DNA of 63,534 nt, counting the filler, from Octopus bimaculoides (Eukaryota), in NCBI RefSeq assembly GCF_001194135.2. It is 5 parts of 5 records of this genome, joined end to end, with 100 filler letters (N's around TTAATTAATTAA, not from the genome) between each part and the next. Parts side by side here need not be neighbours in the genome. Positions count along the whole stretch, not along the records: positions 38,390 to 58,680 come from NC_068992.1; positions 58,781 to 62,276 come from NC_068984.1; positions 62,377 to 63,534 come from NW_026302397.1; 2 more parts are not named here. One strand, 5' to 3'. Both the position numbers and the translations under genes were made by a program. This document shows, one piece after another, positions 51,510 to 63,534 of this stretch. The first letter of the stretch is position 1; each line of letters starts with the position of its first letter. The notes under the pieces were generated by a model, which saw only the letters and a program-made list of their open reading frames with translations, ran no database searches and was not told the origin of the DNA.

Positions 51510-52420
51510 ATATAAGATTGACCAGTGACCGGTCTGTCAAAATGCTAGAAGAAGCTCACTTAAAAAATTCTCAAACACGGATTCAGCGGAGCAAAAACAG
51601 GCGGGCTAGACCAGTGAAAATTGTACATACCTCGATTATCTGCAGACTATAGTTTCAAAATCAACACTTTCAAAATAAAAGTGTCTATTTTTCTTCAGTA
51701 CAGATTGCCGATATTTACAATCGAACAGAATCTCGTGCTAGTTGTCTTCAACTAGTGAAAGCGTGCACGTGATTCTATCCATTATAAAGATTAAAATTCA
51801 AAAGTCTTAGTTTTGGCGCGCCGAATCCGGAAAATATCTCTGCAGAAAATAATTTCTGCTTTGCAATCTNNNNNNNNNNNNNNNNNNNNNNNNNNNNNNN
51901 NNNNNNNNNNNNNNNNNNNNNNNNNNNNNNNNNNNNNNNNNNNNNNNNNNNNNNNNNNNNNNNNNNNNNNNNNNNNNNNNNNNNNNNNNNNNNNNNNNNN
52001 NNNNNNNNNNNNNNNNNNNNNNNNNNNNNNNNNNNNNNNNNNNNNNNNNNNNNNNNNNNNNNNNNNNNNNNNNNNNNNNNNNNNNNNNNNNNNNNNNNNN
52101 NNNNNNNNNNNNNNNNNNNNNNNNNNNNNNNNNNNNNNNNNNNNNNNNNNNNNNNTCACGTGCACGCTTTCACTAGTTGAAGACAACTAGCACGAGATTC
52201 TGTTCGATTGTAAAAATATCGGCAATCTGTACTGAAGAAAAATAGACACTTTTATTTTGAAAGTGTTGATTTTGAAACTATAGTCTGCAGATAATCGAGG
52301 TATGTACAATTTTCACTGGTCTAGCCCACCTGTTTTTGCTCCGCTGAATCCGTATTTGAGAATTTTTTAAGTAAGCTTCTTCTAGCATTTCGACAGACCA
52401 GTCACTGGTCAATCTTATAT
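51510..52420. mobile_element. Young fold-back/MITE-like element with near-perfect long TIRs and a central assembly gap
   Basis: 51510-51771 matches the reverse complement of 52156-52420 with 5 substitutions and one 2-nt indel; flanks outside the arms differ. Confidence 0.8.
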
Positions 52421-52606
52421 ACACAAGTACTATAATCTTTTTAGGATCTCCCAAAAAATTTTTTCAAGAACCTTCTGATTCTTTAATGTGCTAGTTTCCT
52501 GGTATTAAATTGATATTAATTAATATCGAATTTTTACCATATTATGTTAATTAACTATATAGATAGATAGGTAGATAGATACACTGACAGACAGACAGCT
52601 AAATAA

Positions 52607-52638
<32 letters not shown>

Positions 52639-52852
52639 TCAGATGGATCGACAGACAGACAGACTGATAGATAGATAGATAAATAGATAGATAGATAGAT
52701 GAGCTTAATACAGTTTCCGTCTTGCAGATTCACTTCAAAACTCCGAGACTTTGATCAGCCAGAATAATAGTAGAAGACATATATATGCCTTAGGTGCTAT
52801 GCAGTGGGACTGAACCAGGGAACTATGAATGAAATAACCATAATTTTCTTAC

Positions 52853-52919
52853 GGAATAAGTACTCTATACAGCATGATGTTAGCTATTTGCACATCAATA
52901 TGGAGAAACATCAAAGATA
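52853..52919 (-). other. Candidate internal exon (67 nt)
   Basis: Acceptor TTGCATTTTTGCATTTTAG and donor CC|GTAAGA; one open frame, SLMFLHIDVQIANIMLYRVLI. Protein not recognised. Confidence 0.25.
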
Positions 52920-55194
52920 CTAAAATGCAAAAATGCAATGATTTTATCTGGCTTTTTCTTTGCCTTTTTCTTATTTGTCTTTTTTTTGTTTGCTTGTGTG
53001 TATATTTTGTTTTTGAAGTATATAGTTTAAGTGAGTTACTAAAAGCTGTAAAAGAATTATCTCCTCCTGACATTGTCTATGAAGTCCAGTTCCTTTCAGC
53101 AGAGTATAACTCATAAACAACGAACAAAGAAACATGGAAACATACTTGGTATGTTATACATTAAAACATAATGAAATGAAACAGGACAGGAAGAGAATTT
53201 GAAATGCTAACAATATTAAAACTTAGCTACCTTCTCAAGACATTAAGCTTTTATTATTATATGTTCTTTCCTGAGATTTATCTCCCTGATATATAATGCT
53301 TCCTGCTGGCTGGCTTTCTGCAGATATAGTACCACTTAAAACTTCTCTAATAATCTTATTTACATGACTCAAAAGGAATTATTCTCAGTTCTCTTCAGTG
53401 ACATGTAAATGTTGGACACAGTGTAATAATTTATTTTTAGAAAACTCTTATTTGATGCTAACGTTATTCTTATATTTCTTGTAAGATTTCAAAACAGCAT
53501 TTCAATTTCAGTCCATTAACTGGCTAAAGTTAAGATTTAACTTGGACATCAACTCCCTGCTTCTTTTTCTTTTGTTTTATGTTTTTATTTTTGTTTGTTT
53601 TCTTTCTTTTTTTGTTTGTTTGTATTTCTTTTTTTTTTGTATTTTCTGTGTTAAGCTAAAACCAACTATCTCTTTGCCAATTTTACAATAATATCATTAG
53701 CAGAAGTAAAGTCATTGCAAAGTTGGCAGGGTGAAAGTTGTTTTAGAGAAGAAACTAAGTTAAGTTAATGAGATGAAATTCAAGAACTACTTAAAACATC
53801 TTGTACAGATACCAGAATAATGTTAGTGACTACCGAAAGAGGTCTTGAATAATAAATTAGTGTATAGCATCTGACATGAAAAACGGTGAAAAAAAAAATT
53901 ACATCAATAAAGTTTTAGGAAGGCATTAGCCAAAATTGTTCTATTTCTTCTTACTGTTGTCCCCATATAATATGTAGCCTGAATTTCATTAATGCAAGAA
54001 AAACAATAAAATAAAGAAGAAAAGAAAGGATACCATTATTTTTGCTTTGCTTTTAAGAAGGAAGAAACTTTATAGTTTAAACAACAAACTGGTTGGCCTG
54101 GAGATTAGTTGTGTCTTTTGCAGAGAGCTGAAGTAATTGAGCTTTTGTTGGCAAAAATATTATCACCAAAATTGCAGGCCTTTGTAATGATTATGTCCAA
54201 TGATTAAGAGAAACCTTTCATGTTGTGCCCTCAGATTAAAGTTGTTCATTTAAGGAAATGATAGCACATTGGGTAGGAAAAGGGGTAGGAAGTTGCACAG
54301 TTTCAATTACATTAAGGACACTGAAGAATAAGAGAAAGAAATAAAAACAGAGAAAATGAAAATGAAAGTAAGAGAAGGGAAAAATGAGAGGATAAAAACA
54401 AAAGGATGAAAGAGAGAGAGAGAGAGAGAGAAAGCAATATTGAAGGAGGCAGCGTAAGGTGATATCCAAATACAGCTAAAACAATGGCAGCAGCAGTATA
54501 GTAGTAAAATGATCTGATTAACTCTGATTAACAATGGTTGTTTAATTAGACAGGAGACTTCAGAGTTAAGGGGAGAAAATTCACTGCTTACTGACATGCT
54601 CAACAACTAATGGAAGTTATTTGGAAATTAGAAAAAGTAGTATTACATTTAAATCAACCAAGACATTTGGGACAAACCAAGACATTTTCTTATATCAGAT
54701 GCTACCCAAAAGTAAAAAGACAAAGTTAGTATTTAGTAGGCTACAGTAAAACGACTGAAACTTTCTTTTCATCTGAACCTGTAATCACACAACAAAACAA
54801 AATGAAACATTAAGTGGATCTGATTGGAATTGAACCAAAGATATAACCAAGTATCCAATCCAAATCTCTTAATGAGCAACTGTATTTCTTTTACTCTGCT
54901 CTACTATTTACCATGTGATTAAGAATCTCTCATTATAACATTCAATGAAGCAATGCTGTTTACTGGGAATGCTGGGAAGGCAAGAACCCAGACCTTGTCT
55001 TGTTAATTATTTTGTCCTTTGTCTTCCATGAGACGTTGACTCTTGGTAAAGTCACAGCAAAGCCATCAGGTTCATCACTTCTCTAGTCTGATCACAACTG
55101 GGTTTTTTGGGGAAGAGTAGTATGAGAAAGAAATAGACGGAAAAAAGAAAGGGAAAAGGAGAGGGAGAGACGGGAGCAGAGAGAGAAGAATTGA

Positions 55195-55290
55195 TCCCAT
55201 ACTGAACTAATAATTAATTTACTAATTGATCACATACTGAACTATATGAACTAATTGATCACATACTGAACTAATAATTAATTTACTGAC
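55195..55290. repeat. Short minisatellite (TTGATCACATACTGAACTA units)
   Basis: Three related units read directly. Confidence 0.8.
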
Positions 55291-55659
55291 CTTGAAAGGG
55301 TGAAAAAGTGCTTCTTCCTTTTGGATTCAGCAGGATTTGAACTTAGATTATAGGTAACTAGAACAATTATCAAAAGGCAGTTTAACCATTATTTTAACAA
55401 CTCCGACAGTTTGCTCCCTTTACTAATATTAGTCATTAGATTAAACTGGTGAATATCATCAAGCTGGGATTTTAACAATCCTATTGACTTAAGTACTTAT
55501 TTCAGCCTAGAGCTTATTTCATTGATCTTTTTTTTTTTAAATAAAATGGCGATAAAGGGGAATAACTCAAAGCACGTTTTAATACGAGTATACTTAAATA
55601 CACACACACACACAGATACTCATATACACATTCTCATATCTACCTTCACACAGTTTCTG

Positions 55660-56062
55660 TTTATAAAATTCCACATGTAGGGCATTTATCAACCCAAGAC
55701 TACAGGATCAAGTACATGCCCAAAGTACCAGGCAATGGGACTGAACCCTCGACTATGCAACTGGAGGGCAAACCCCTCCAACATACAGCTATGCTTGTGC
55801 TTGTATTAGCTTTTACCCTGTATCTTTTATTAAGCATTTCGCCCGGCATGCTAATGTTTCTGCCAGCTCGCTGCCTTACAGACATAGACTTATATTGAAA
55901 TATATACAACTGGCTTCTTTCAATTTCACTCTACCAAATCCACCCAAAGGCTTTTGGTTGACCCAAGGCTATAAAAGAAGTCACTTGTCCAAGGTGTCAT
56001 GCAGTGGAATTGAAACCAGAACCATATGATTGGGAAGCAAACTTCTTGCTACACAGCCACAT
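55660..56062 (-). mobile_element. CpG-decayed SINE family A and B fragments
   Basis: TTGCTACACAGCCAC head, TCCAAGGTGTCATGCAGTGG and TTTCGCCCGGCATGCTAA motifs. Confidence 0.7.
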
Positions 56063-57184
56063 TTTATCCAACTTTTCTACAATTAATCTCCTTCAAGTGT
56101 GATAAATGCTATATTTGATGGCACAAAAAATGCACAAAAGACTCATTCTTCTTTCAGCAACATATATTCAGAAAAAAGTGAACTTCAGGAACCTAACTGG
56201 CTTATGGGAGGCCCAACTTCACTCATAAGAGTTGATTCCAGACATTCATTTGTAAAAAAATGTGCATCTTATATATCAGTTGTAATTTGTCAATAGAAAA
56301 AACAAAAAATGCAAAATTCAAAAAGAAGGAAACAAAAATCCTCAAATATATTTACTAAAGTGCTTTATTACATTATTTATATTTTTATAGCTTTTTTTCT
56401 GATTTTCTATTAAACTTTATAGCCTAAAATAATGTCGCAGTGAATATTTCCGTAATGTAAATTCTAAAGCTTAACAGTCAGTAATAGCTTTATTAAAGAC
56501 AATGGTTTTTCATAATATTAGATTTATTCTTTTCCCAAGTTGATCACTAAAATTCAATGCAGAGCAGAACAATAGAAATTTACAGATTTAGACTTTTAAT
56601 TAATCTGCTAATGATGATAAAATGAACTCAGCATCAAATTGAAGTAAATGAAGAATATCAGAGGAGTGTTGGCCATAAGTTGATGGTTCACAATTGGTGG
56701 TTGTTAGCCCACTGATGGTCTATTACGAAATTTACATTGGTCCACCCCAAAAACTATATCATCTGATTTATATTATGGCAATAGTAAACATTTGTGTATG
56801 CCACTACATCTTCATGTTTTTATTTTATTTTAATTTTTTTCTGTTAGGTTCCAACATTTGGTAAGCTAGCAGAATGGTTAGAGCACAAGAAGCAATGCTT
56901 TGCAGTATCTATATACATGCAAACATGCATACAAACATACATACATACATCATACATCATGCATACACACACACATATATACGTACATCATACATACATA
57001 TATACATACACACATTCATATATACATACACTTCAAAGTCACAGTCAGCATTAATTTTGTTTGAGAATAACTAATTTGTACTTCACCAAATGTATTGAGT
57101 AATCCTTCAGTATAATGTAAAAATGTTTTTATTATAACATAGAGCCAAATATCAATATACATTTATACATAAGTCTTATTCAAT

Positions 57185-57480
57185 GAGCCCACTTCAGGAA
57201 AAAGATCACAGGGTTGCCCCCTTCGAGGATACAAGGACCAACTCAAAGCAACCCTGAAAGCCACTGGAATTGAGCCTAAATCATTTGAAACACAAGCTCA
57301 AGACTGTACCATGTGGTAGTGTTCCATTACTGTGGAACTGAAGACTTTGAAGCCACTGGAAGAGGAAAGGAAGAAATGAAGTGGCATCCTGATAGGCTTG
57401 TCAAAATCAACCATGTCCTCCACCAACATTGCCATGTAGTCACTGCCATCGACTCTTCTATATCATCAATGGCACCACCA
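57185..57480 (+). pseudogene. RTE (BovB-like) LINE ORF2 C-terminal remnant
   Basis: GKRSQGCPLRGYKDQLKATLKATGIEPKSFETQAQDCTMW resembles the RTE motif GKRxxGxxxKRYKDxLKxxLKxxxIxxxxWExxAxDRxxW. Confidence 0.75.
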
Positions 57481-59009
57481 TAAAGGTAGCATTCATCAAA
57501 GAAGAAAATAAATACTTAGATATGAAATAAAGCCACCACTGATGACAATATATATATATATATGTTTGCATATACATACATATGTATACGCACATGAATG
57601 CACATATATATTCATGTATACACACACACACACACATATCATGTGTGTGTGTGTCTGTCTGTGTATATCTATCTTTATATTTGTACATTTGTAATTGGTA
57701 TTCTAGGTGTAAACATTTATGTTTGTATATTCCCAAATAGTGTCAGAATATCTTTTTTAATGCAGTGTTTGACAGCATCAGAAATAGTGGTGCTGACGAC
57801 TTAAGGTGTCAAAATCATGTGATATTCAATAGGCAGCTGACAAGGGAAGTTTCCTCAATTATATCAAATATATCTTTCTTTCTCTTGTTAATGTCTCTGC
57901 TCATTGTCACTCTCCTACTTGATTTGTTTTGCTTGCCTAGTGCAGATTTTGGTGTTGTTTTATATTTCCTTGGTAACATTTGTAAGGTATAGGTGCTATA
58001 CCAAGGTGTTACTGTTTTGTATGTAGTTGTAGTTGATCAGGATCAAAATATCTGCTGTACAACAACACATCCTTCATTCTTTCATTCATTTTTACATCTA
58101 TTTTACCGTGCTAGCATGGGTTAGATAAATGCATTATTGAGACAGTGTTTTATAGATGGATGCCATTCCTGTTGCTAACCCTTGCATCCTTTCAAAAGTG
58201 AGGAATTTTCTCTTACCTCACATGTCTTTCTTTGATGACCGATTTGTTGAAAAATAGCAACAGCTTCGTCACTTGTAGCTCATATGTACATAACCACACA
58301 AGTATACACAAATACACACACACACAAACACACAAAAGAGGAACACAAGTGGAGTTATATATATGTATATATATATATATATATATATGCGAGTAAAAAT
58401 AAATACAAAAAAAGGTGGATTTTTTTGTATGATTGTGTATAGAGGAATATATTATTTTGCTTAAAAGAGTTCCAACACTGTCTGTTTTTTATGTTTTATT
58501 TATATTCCTGCAGAACTAATGTGGGGTATAGAATATGGAATATACAATATATAATATAATATACAATATATAATATAAAATAAAATAAAAATGGATGGCA
58601 CCATGAAATAAAGTATTGAATGTAGATGAAATATTGAGTGTTCAATATAAAGGATCAAATATATAAATATATAAATATAANNNNNNNNNNNNNNNNNNNN
58701 NNNNNNNNNNNNNNNNNNNNNNNNTTAATTAATTAANNNNNNNNNNNNNNNNNNNNNNNNNNNNNNNNNNNNNNNNNNNNATATATATATACATATATAT
58801 ACATGTATACATTTGTGCAGATATATATATGCATGTATGTATGTATATATGTATGTATGCCTGTATATATGAGAGAGTATAGTTTCACTGTAGTAGATTC
58901 AGTATGAAAATGAAACCATTAATGTGAAAGTATCTGTCATTACAGTATGAAAATGTGATTGTTGCAGTTAGTGGAGTAGTTTCATTTTTAAAGTGAAAGT
59001 ATTTGACAT

Positions 59010-59258
59010 GAGTGTTTTTGTTTCACTTTTGACACGTAATATTTAAATAGTGGAGGAGATATTATGTTGCTGTGGGCTCGAACTATGCAAGAAGTTAAAA
59101 AATTTTTTTGACTAAAACACAACCGGGACCCTAAGTAAGGCATATGTAAAATTTGAATGAAATTGGTTGTGTAGTTCTCGACTTTTAGGGAAGCACACAG
59201 ACACACACACACACACAGACATACATTCTCATTTATATATATATATATATATATAGAT
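59010..59258 (+). mobile_element. Helentron/DINE-1-like non-autonomous element
   Basis: GTAAAATTTGAATGAAATTGGTTGTGTAGTT, then a (CA/CAGA)n microsatellite, then TTTATATATAT...AGAT: the layout of Lep1/DINE-1-type elements. Confidence 0.45.
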
Positions 59259-60533
59259 AACCGTTTATCAATTGTGTGTTGTCTAAGACATTTATATTCT
59301 CTACACCAGTTTTATTTTGTACTGGAGATGATGGTCAGTACAGATTTTTGTAAATGAACATCTGTGACAAACCTGCCAAAAGAGCATCTGAACAAGATTT
59401 ACAAAAGCTGATAGGGCATTCACAAGGCTTCACTCAAGCTGGAACTCAATATGTAAAGATCCTTAAATATTGGTTTTAAATTTTGGCACAAGACCAGCAA
59501 TTTCAGGGGAGGGAGTAAGTCCAATACATCAACCCCAGTACACAACTGATACTCATCTTATCAATTTCAAAATAAATAAATATTGCAGACATTTTCACTG
59601 ATGTTCTACTAGCTTATTAATCAACTGCTAATCCCATCCCAATCGAACTAATGACTTTTACCAGGCTTAGCAGTTCAATACTAGTGTCCTTTTCTTCAAT
59701 TAATTTTTTTTTTTAAGATAACATAAAGTATTAGGGTCGTAACTGGTTGAGCAGCTTCTATTATATTTTGGAACACATTTTATTGTTACATAAATAGAGA
59801 AGTTGTTTATGCAATATAAGCAAAGAAATATTCAGATGAAACAATGTAAATGACACATGCAGGAAGCCTTTGTCAGAAATTCAACATTTGGGCAAATTTT
59901 TACACATCAAATACGTATTCATGGTGCCATTCAATCATTCCAGGTTGAATATGTAGCTGTGAAAAACAACATTGAGGAGAGTGAGCACCAACAGGAAAAT
60001 GGATCATTCTGAAGGTGGCAATAGTAGAGAACATCATGGCAGCTCAAAATGTCTAGATACTCTGCAAAATTAGTGGTAAATTTGACTGTATTTATAGGCT
60101 GTATTCACAGAAAGTCCAGATGAGTCACTGAACTATCACATGAACAACAGCCATTGATTGGATAACAATCAGGTTTGCATACATGATCAAATTGTGATTT
60201 CTATGCTACAGACTCAAAAGTTTTTAAAAAAGTGACTAAGAATGATTTGCATCTTTTTCAGCTGGAGATTTAATTGTTTAAACAACTTGAGTACTTTTTG
60301 AAAGGATTTTGTAGATTGGGTAGAGGACAGTAGTGTCGCTGGAGGAGGAGTGAGGCTCAGGGTGGGTGTGGGAGAGGCAGTAAACTCAAGGACTTTCCCA
60401 GGTGGCACACACTTGAGTCACACCACTGACAGATGATAACTATCTCCCTTCCACCAACCTATCCAGTCATGGAGACCTTGGGTCAAGAGTGTCGTCCTTC
60501 CTACCTTGACTAAGCCATTATAAAATAATAACA

Positions 60534-60800
60534 ATCATCATCATCATCATCAACAACAACATCTAACGCCGGTTTTCCATGCTGGCATGGGTTGGACGGC
60601 TTGAAGCCAGGAGTAGCACCAGGTTCCATAGTCTGCTTTGGCATGGTTTCTGTGCCTGGTTTCCCCTCCCAACACCAACCACTTTACAGAGTGTATTGGG
60701 TGCCTTTTATGTGGCACCATCACCAGTGCTTTTTACATTGCTCCAGCACCCACACCAATGCTTTTTACATGACACTTTGGTTTCAAGATCTCAATTCTGT
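60534..60800 (-). mobile_element. RTE-type 3' end with (GAT/GTT)n tail
   Basis: CCATGCTGGCATGG hairpin; same family as 39608 and 51057. Confidence 0.65.
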
Positions 60801-60840
60801 TGGGGGTGGACGGGTCTTCTTCTTCTTCTTCTTCTTCTTC

Positions 60841-60875
<35 letters not shown>

Positions 60876-60878
<3 letters not shown>

Positions 60879-61220
60879 AACGTTTCCCTAAAAGAAATGG
60901 AAAAACTTTCAAAATACAAAGACCTGGAAATAGAGGTAACTCGAATGTGGAATCTAAAAACAGAAACAATTCCTATCATAGGAGGTGCCTTAGGTATAAT
61001 AAAGAAAATTTCAGACAAATACATAACAAAAACATCAGGACTTACAAATATATATAACATACAGAAAATTGCACTACTGGGCACTGCACACATCCTACGC
61101 AAAACACTTTCAATACAGTAACCATAAGAGCATCACAGCAAACCACAGCACATACCCAAGGTACACAGAGCTGCGCTCGGTAGTGAAGTGAAAGCACGTT
61201 ATAAAAATAAAACTACTGAA
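60876..61220 (+). mobile_element. Dong/R4-like LINE 3' end (open frame to the stop at 61121) between AAT/AAC tracts
   Basis: NVSLKEMEKLSKYKDLEIEVTRMWNLKTETIPIIGGALG...IQKIALLGTAHILRKTLSIQ*; the EKxxKYxDL...IPxxxGALG pattern matches REL-endonuclease C-termini. Confidence 0.85.
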
Positions 61221-61242
61221 CAACAACAACAACAACAACAAC

Positions 61243-61284
<42 letters not shown>

Positions 61285-61384
61285 GGCCGTATCCCAGAAT
61301 GACCACTGCTCAGTGACTAAAACTAGAGAAAAATAAATAAATGAAAAAGGGACGAAAAAAACACTGAGGAAAATAAGTACTTAC

Positions 61385-61566
61385 GGTCGGCCATATACTG
61401 AAGGTACATCAGTCGTCTTCGTCCGGAAAATAAAAAAAAAATCTTCCTTTTCTTTCTTAAAAGCTGTAAAAACGGGGTTGATTTTGCAGCCCACAGCATC
61501 ATAAAAACTGCTTGGATACTGTCTATTGAGTAATTTAGCCGCTTTCAGTCTGATGTTAGTAGCCAT
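61385..61566 (-). other. Candidate first exon of a minus-strand gene
   Basis: Perfect donor CC|GTAAGT at 61385/61384, preceded by ATGGCCGACC; unique, CpG-retaining sequence. Confidence 0.35.
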
Positions 61567-63534
61567 TCTAAATAGTGTGAAGTTTATTATTAATCTTATG
61601 TGAGTATAAGTGTATGCCTGTGCATATTTCTATATTAGTAAATAGGCGTGTGTGTACGCACGTATGTATGTTTGTGTATGGGCGTGACTGTAATTACGTG
61701 TAAGTGAGTTAAGGTTAGTTCCAGACGTTAGTTTCAACCAAAATGGGATTCAGACGATACTTAATTGTTGTTGAATGTGTTGCTTAGAAACCTAAGTAGA
61801 GTTGGCTTTATTTACAAGCAGTTTCGTATTTACAAACGCTCACGCGATTGTAGACAAATGGTTTGCAGAAATCTATTAAACACTACTACGGTAATGGAAA
61901 TATAGAACTTTATCTAGTAATATCTGTAATAAGAGTGACTGATTAGCTCTATTTAATCATTACCTTTATATATGCTAATATCCAATATAGTAAGAATGTT
62001 ACAATTCATTAAAAATACATTTCCTTACAGAGAAAATATCACCAGAGAAATTAATGAGTTTATCACTTCTGATCTATTGCTGGACCGGCCAGAAACATCC
62101 AAATCTCCCTCAAATTATATATAACCATCTTTATAAAGAAAGAGTGGGAAAAAAACCCAGATCAGTAAAGTAAAAGAGGGACACATTGGATGATGTACTC
62201 GTAAACCTCAATAAGCATCATTTGGGTAAATTTTTATATTAATACCCGCACGATTTTCAAAAAAAAAAAAAAAAAANNNNNNNNNNNNNNNNNNNNNNNN
62301 NNNNNNNNNNNNNNNNNNNNTTAATTAATTAANNNNNNNNNNNNNNNNNNNNNNNNNNNNNNNNNNNNNNNNNNNNAATAACTTTAGTGATTTCAGAAAA
62401 TATAGAGACACTGCAGACAGACTCGAAACAGTTTTTATCATACAGAATTCTTTAATGCACGACATTGCTTCTTTTCAAAACATAAAAAGAAACAGGTGTT
62501 GCAATTATCAAATCTTGTAAGGTTTGCAAGGAGCAAAACGAATGTTTCTCCAATAAGGCTTTGAAAAATGATTGGAAACGTGTCTGCAAAGTATTTCGCC
62601 TGTGCTTACATCCTGAGTTCAAATTGCGCCGAGCTCCACTTTGCCCTTCATCCTTTAAGGGGTGAGATAGATAGGCAAAAAAAAAAAAAACTCTAGAAGG
62701 GCAAAAGTTTATTCATTGACCTTACATTGGTCACACATAAACTTTTCATCAGGGTGTATTTAATCCATAGGCAGTGTGACTGGTTCGCCTGACATAAGAC
62801 ACAGTCACGTACCTGATGGCCTGTGCCACATATATCCAGAAGCCAGCTCTCATCCGAGTCCTCTGTTCCTTAATCACGAAAACATCTGTTGTTTGACCCA
62901 TAAGTAGAGCTCTTAACAGGTACTACCATTCCAGGCTGGAGCAGTTACGTAAGTAGTAGTGATTAAGAATGAAGTCCATATTCCTCTAAATTACTGATCT
63001 CCTAATCAGGAAGCCTTACAAACTTTAATGTGTTGCCCAGGACAACATTCATTCATAAATAATCGGTAAGTGAATATAACTTTAGGCACAGGAGTGGCTG
63101 TATGGTAAGAAGATTGCTTCCCTTGACTTCCGGTCTTGCGTGTTAGTAGTTTCTTACGTGAACAGAGGTGGATGTGGGTCAGCTGTGCTCCGTCCAATTA
63201 ATGAAAACAAAGAACATTTGAAGAACTCGCCAAGAAAAGTCGGTTTTGTTGTTCAGCTGAGCAATAATTTGTTGTGTATTTTTTTCAGCAGGTATTTTGT
63301 TCAGCATTGCGACATTTTCGCTTGCCTTTGGCGGGTTTTTTGTGTTTGTTCGTTTACGAACAAAATTGTATTGTCATTCTCTGTGGTCGGCGGGTTCGCT
63401 TCTGCCATAGAGTGAACATTTTTGCTTGGCTTTTTAGCCAGGAAAACAAAAAAAGATTTTGTGTTCACATTTGTGAACGAATTGTGAAGTGAAAATATTT
63501 GTTGGCATTTTTTTTGCTGAAAAACTTTGTGAAC

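Noticed and set aside
54430-54730. Coiled-coil-like reading ETSELRGENSLLTDML...QLMEVIWKLEK
   Set aside because: Interrupted by several stops and a frameshift, with no recognisable family motif; at best unassignable TE debris.
56848-56860. 13-nt plus-strand micro-exon (TTAG|GTTCCAACATTTG|GTAAGC)
   Set aside because: The donor is part of a decayed SINE B head (GGTAAGCTAGCAGAATGGTTAG); there is no independent support.
59850-60410. Zinc-finger-like (THQIRIH) and LINE ORF1/endonuclease-like fragments
   Set aside because: Cys/His spacing is wrong and the similarities are too short to support a call.
63225-63534. CpG-containing block at the window end that could be a LINE 5' UTR or a promoter
   Set aside because: Truncated by the window edge; no diagnostic motif is visible.

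Overview
AT-rich, repeat-dense eukaryotic DNA with many N gaps, most likely from a coleoid cephalopod (Octopus). That assignment rests on my recognition of the SINE/LINE families, not on a database search. I could not identify any intact protein-coding gene. Almost all ORFs in the track are microsatellite, N-gap or transposon artefacts. The window holds a decayed Penelope-like (PLE) reverse transcriptase, four mariner elements with TIRs, and four Dong/R4-like LINE 3' ends that all sit inside (AAT)n tracts. It also holds RTE and Tx1 remnants, dozens of tRNA-derived SINEs, two long fold-back elements, a Helentron-like non-autonomous element and an 18-bp minisatellite. The most notable signal is a cluster of seven type-I hammerhead-ribozyme (HHR) motifs from about five families at 32.1-37.3 kb. 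It includes a composite element at 32042-32434: Pol III tRNA-like head, (AAT)n, and an HHR tail, preceded by an inverted copy of its own tail and flanked by a 14-bp direct repeat. This looks like a SINE mobilised by Penelope-like machinery. Repeat copies at about 39-60 kb show CpG decay, consistent with a methylated gene body whose first exon may lie on the minus strand near 61.4 kb (inference).
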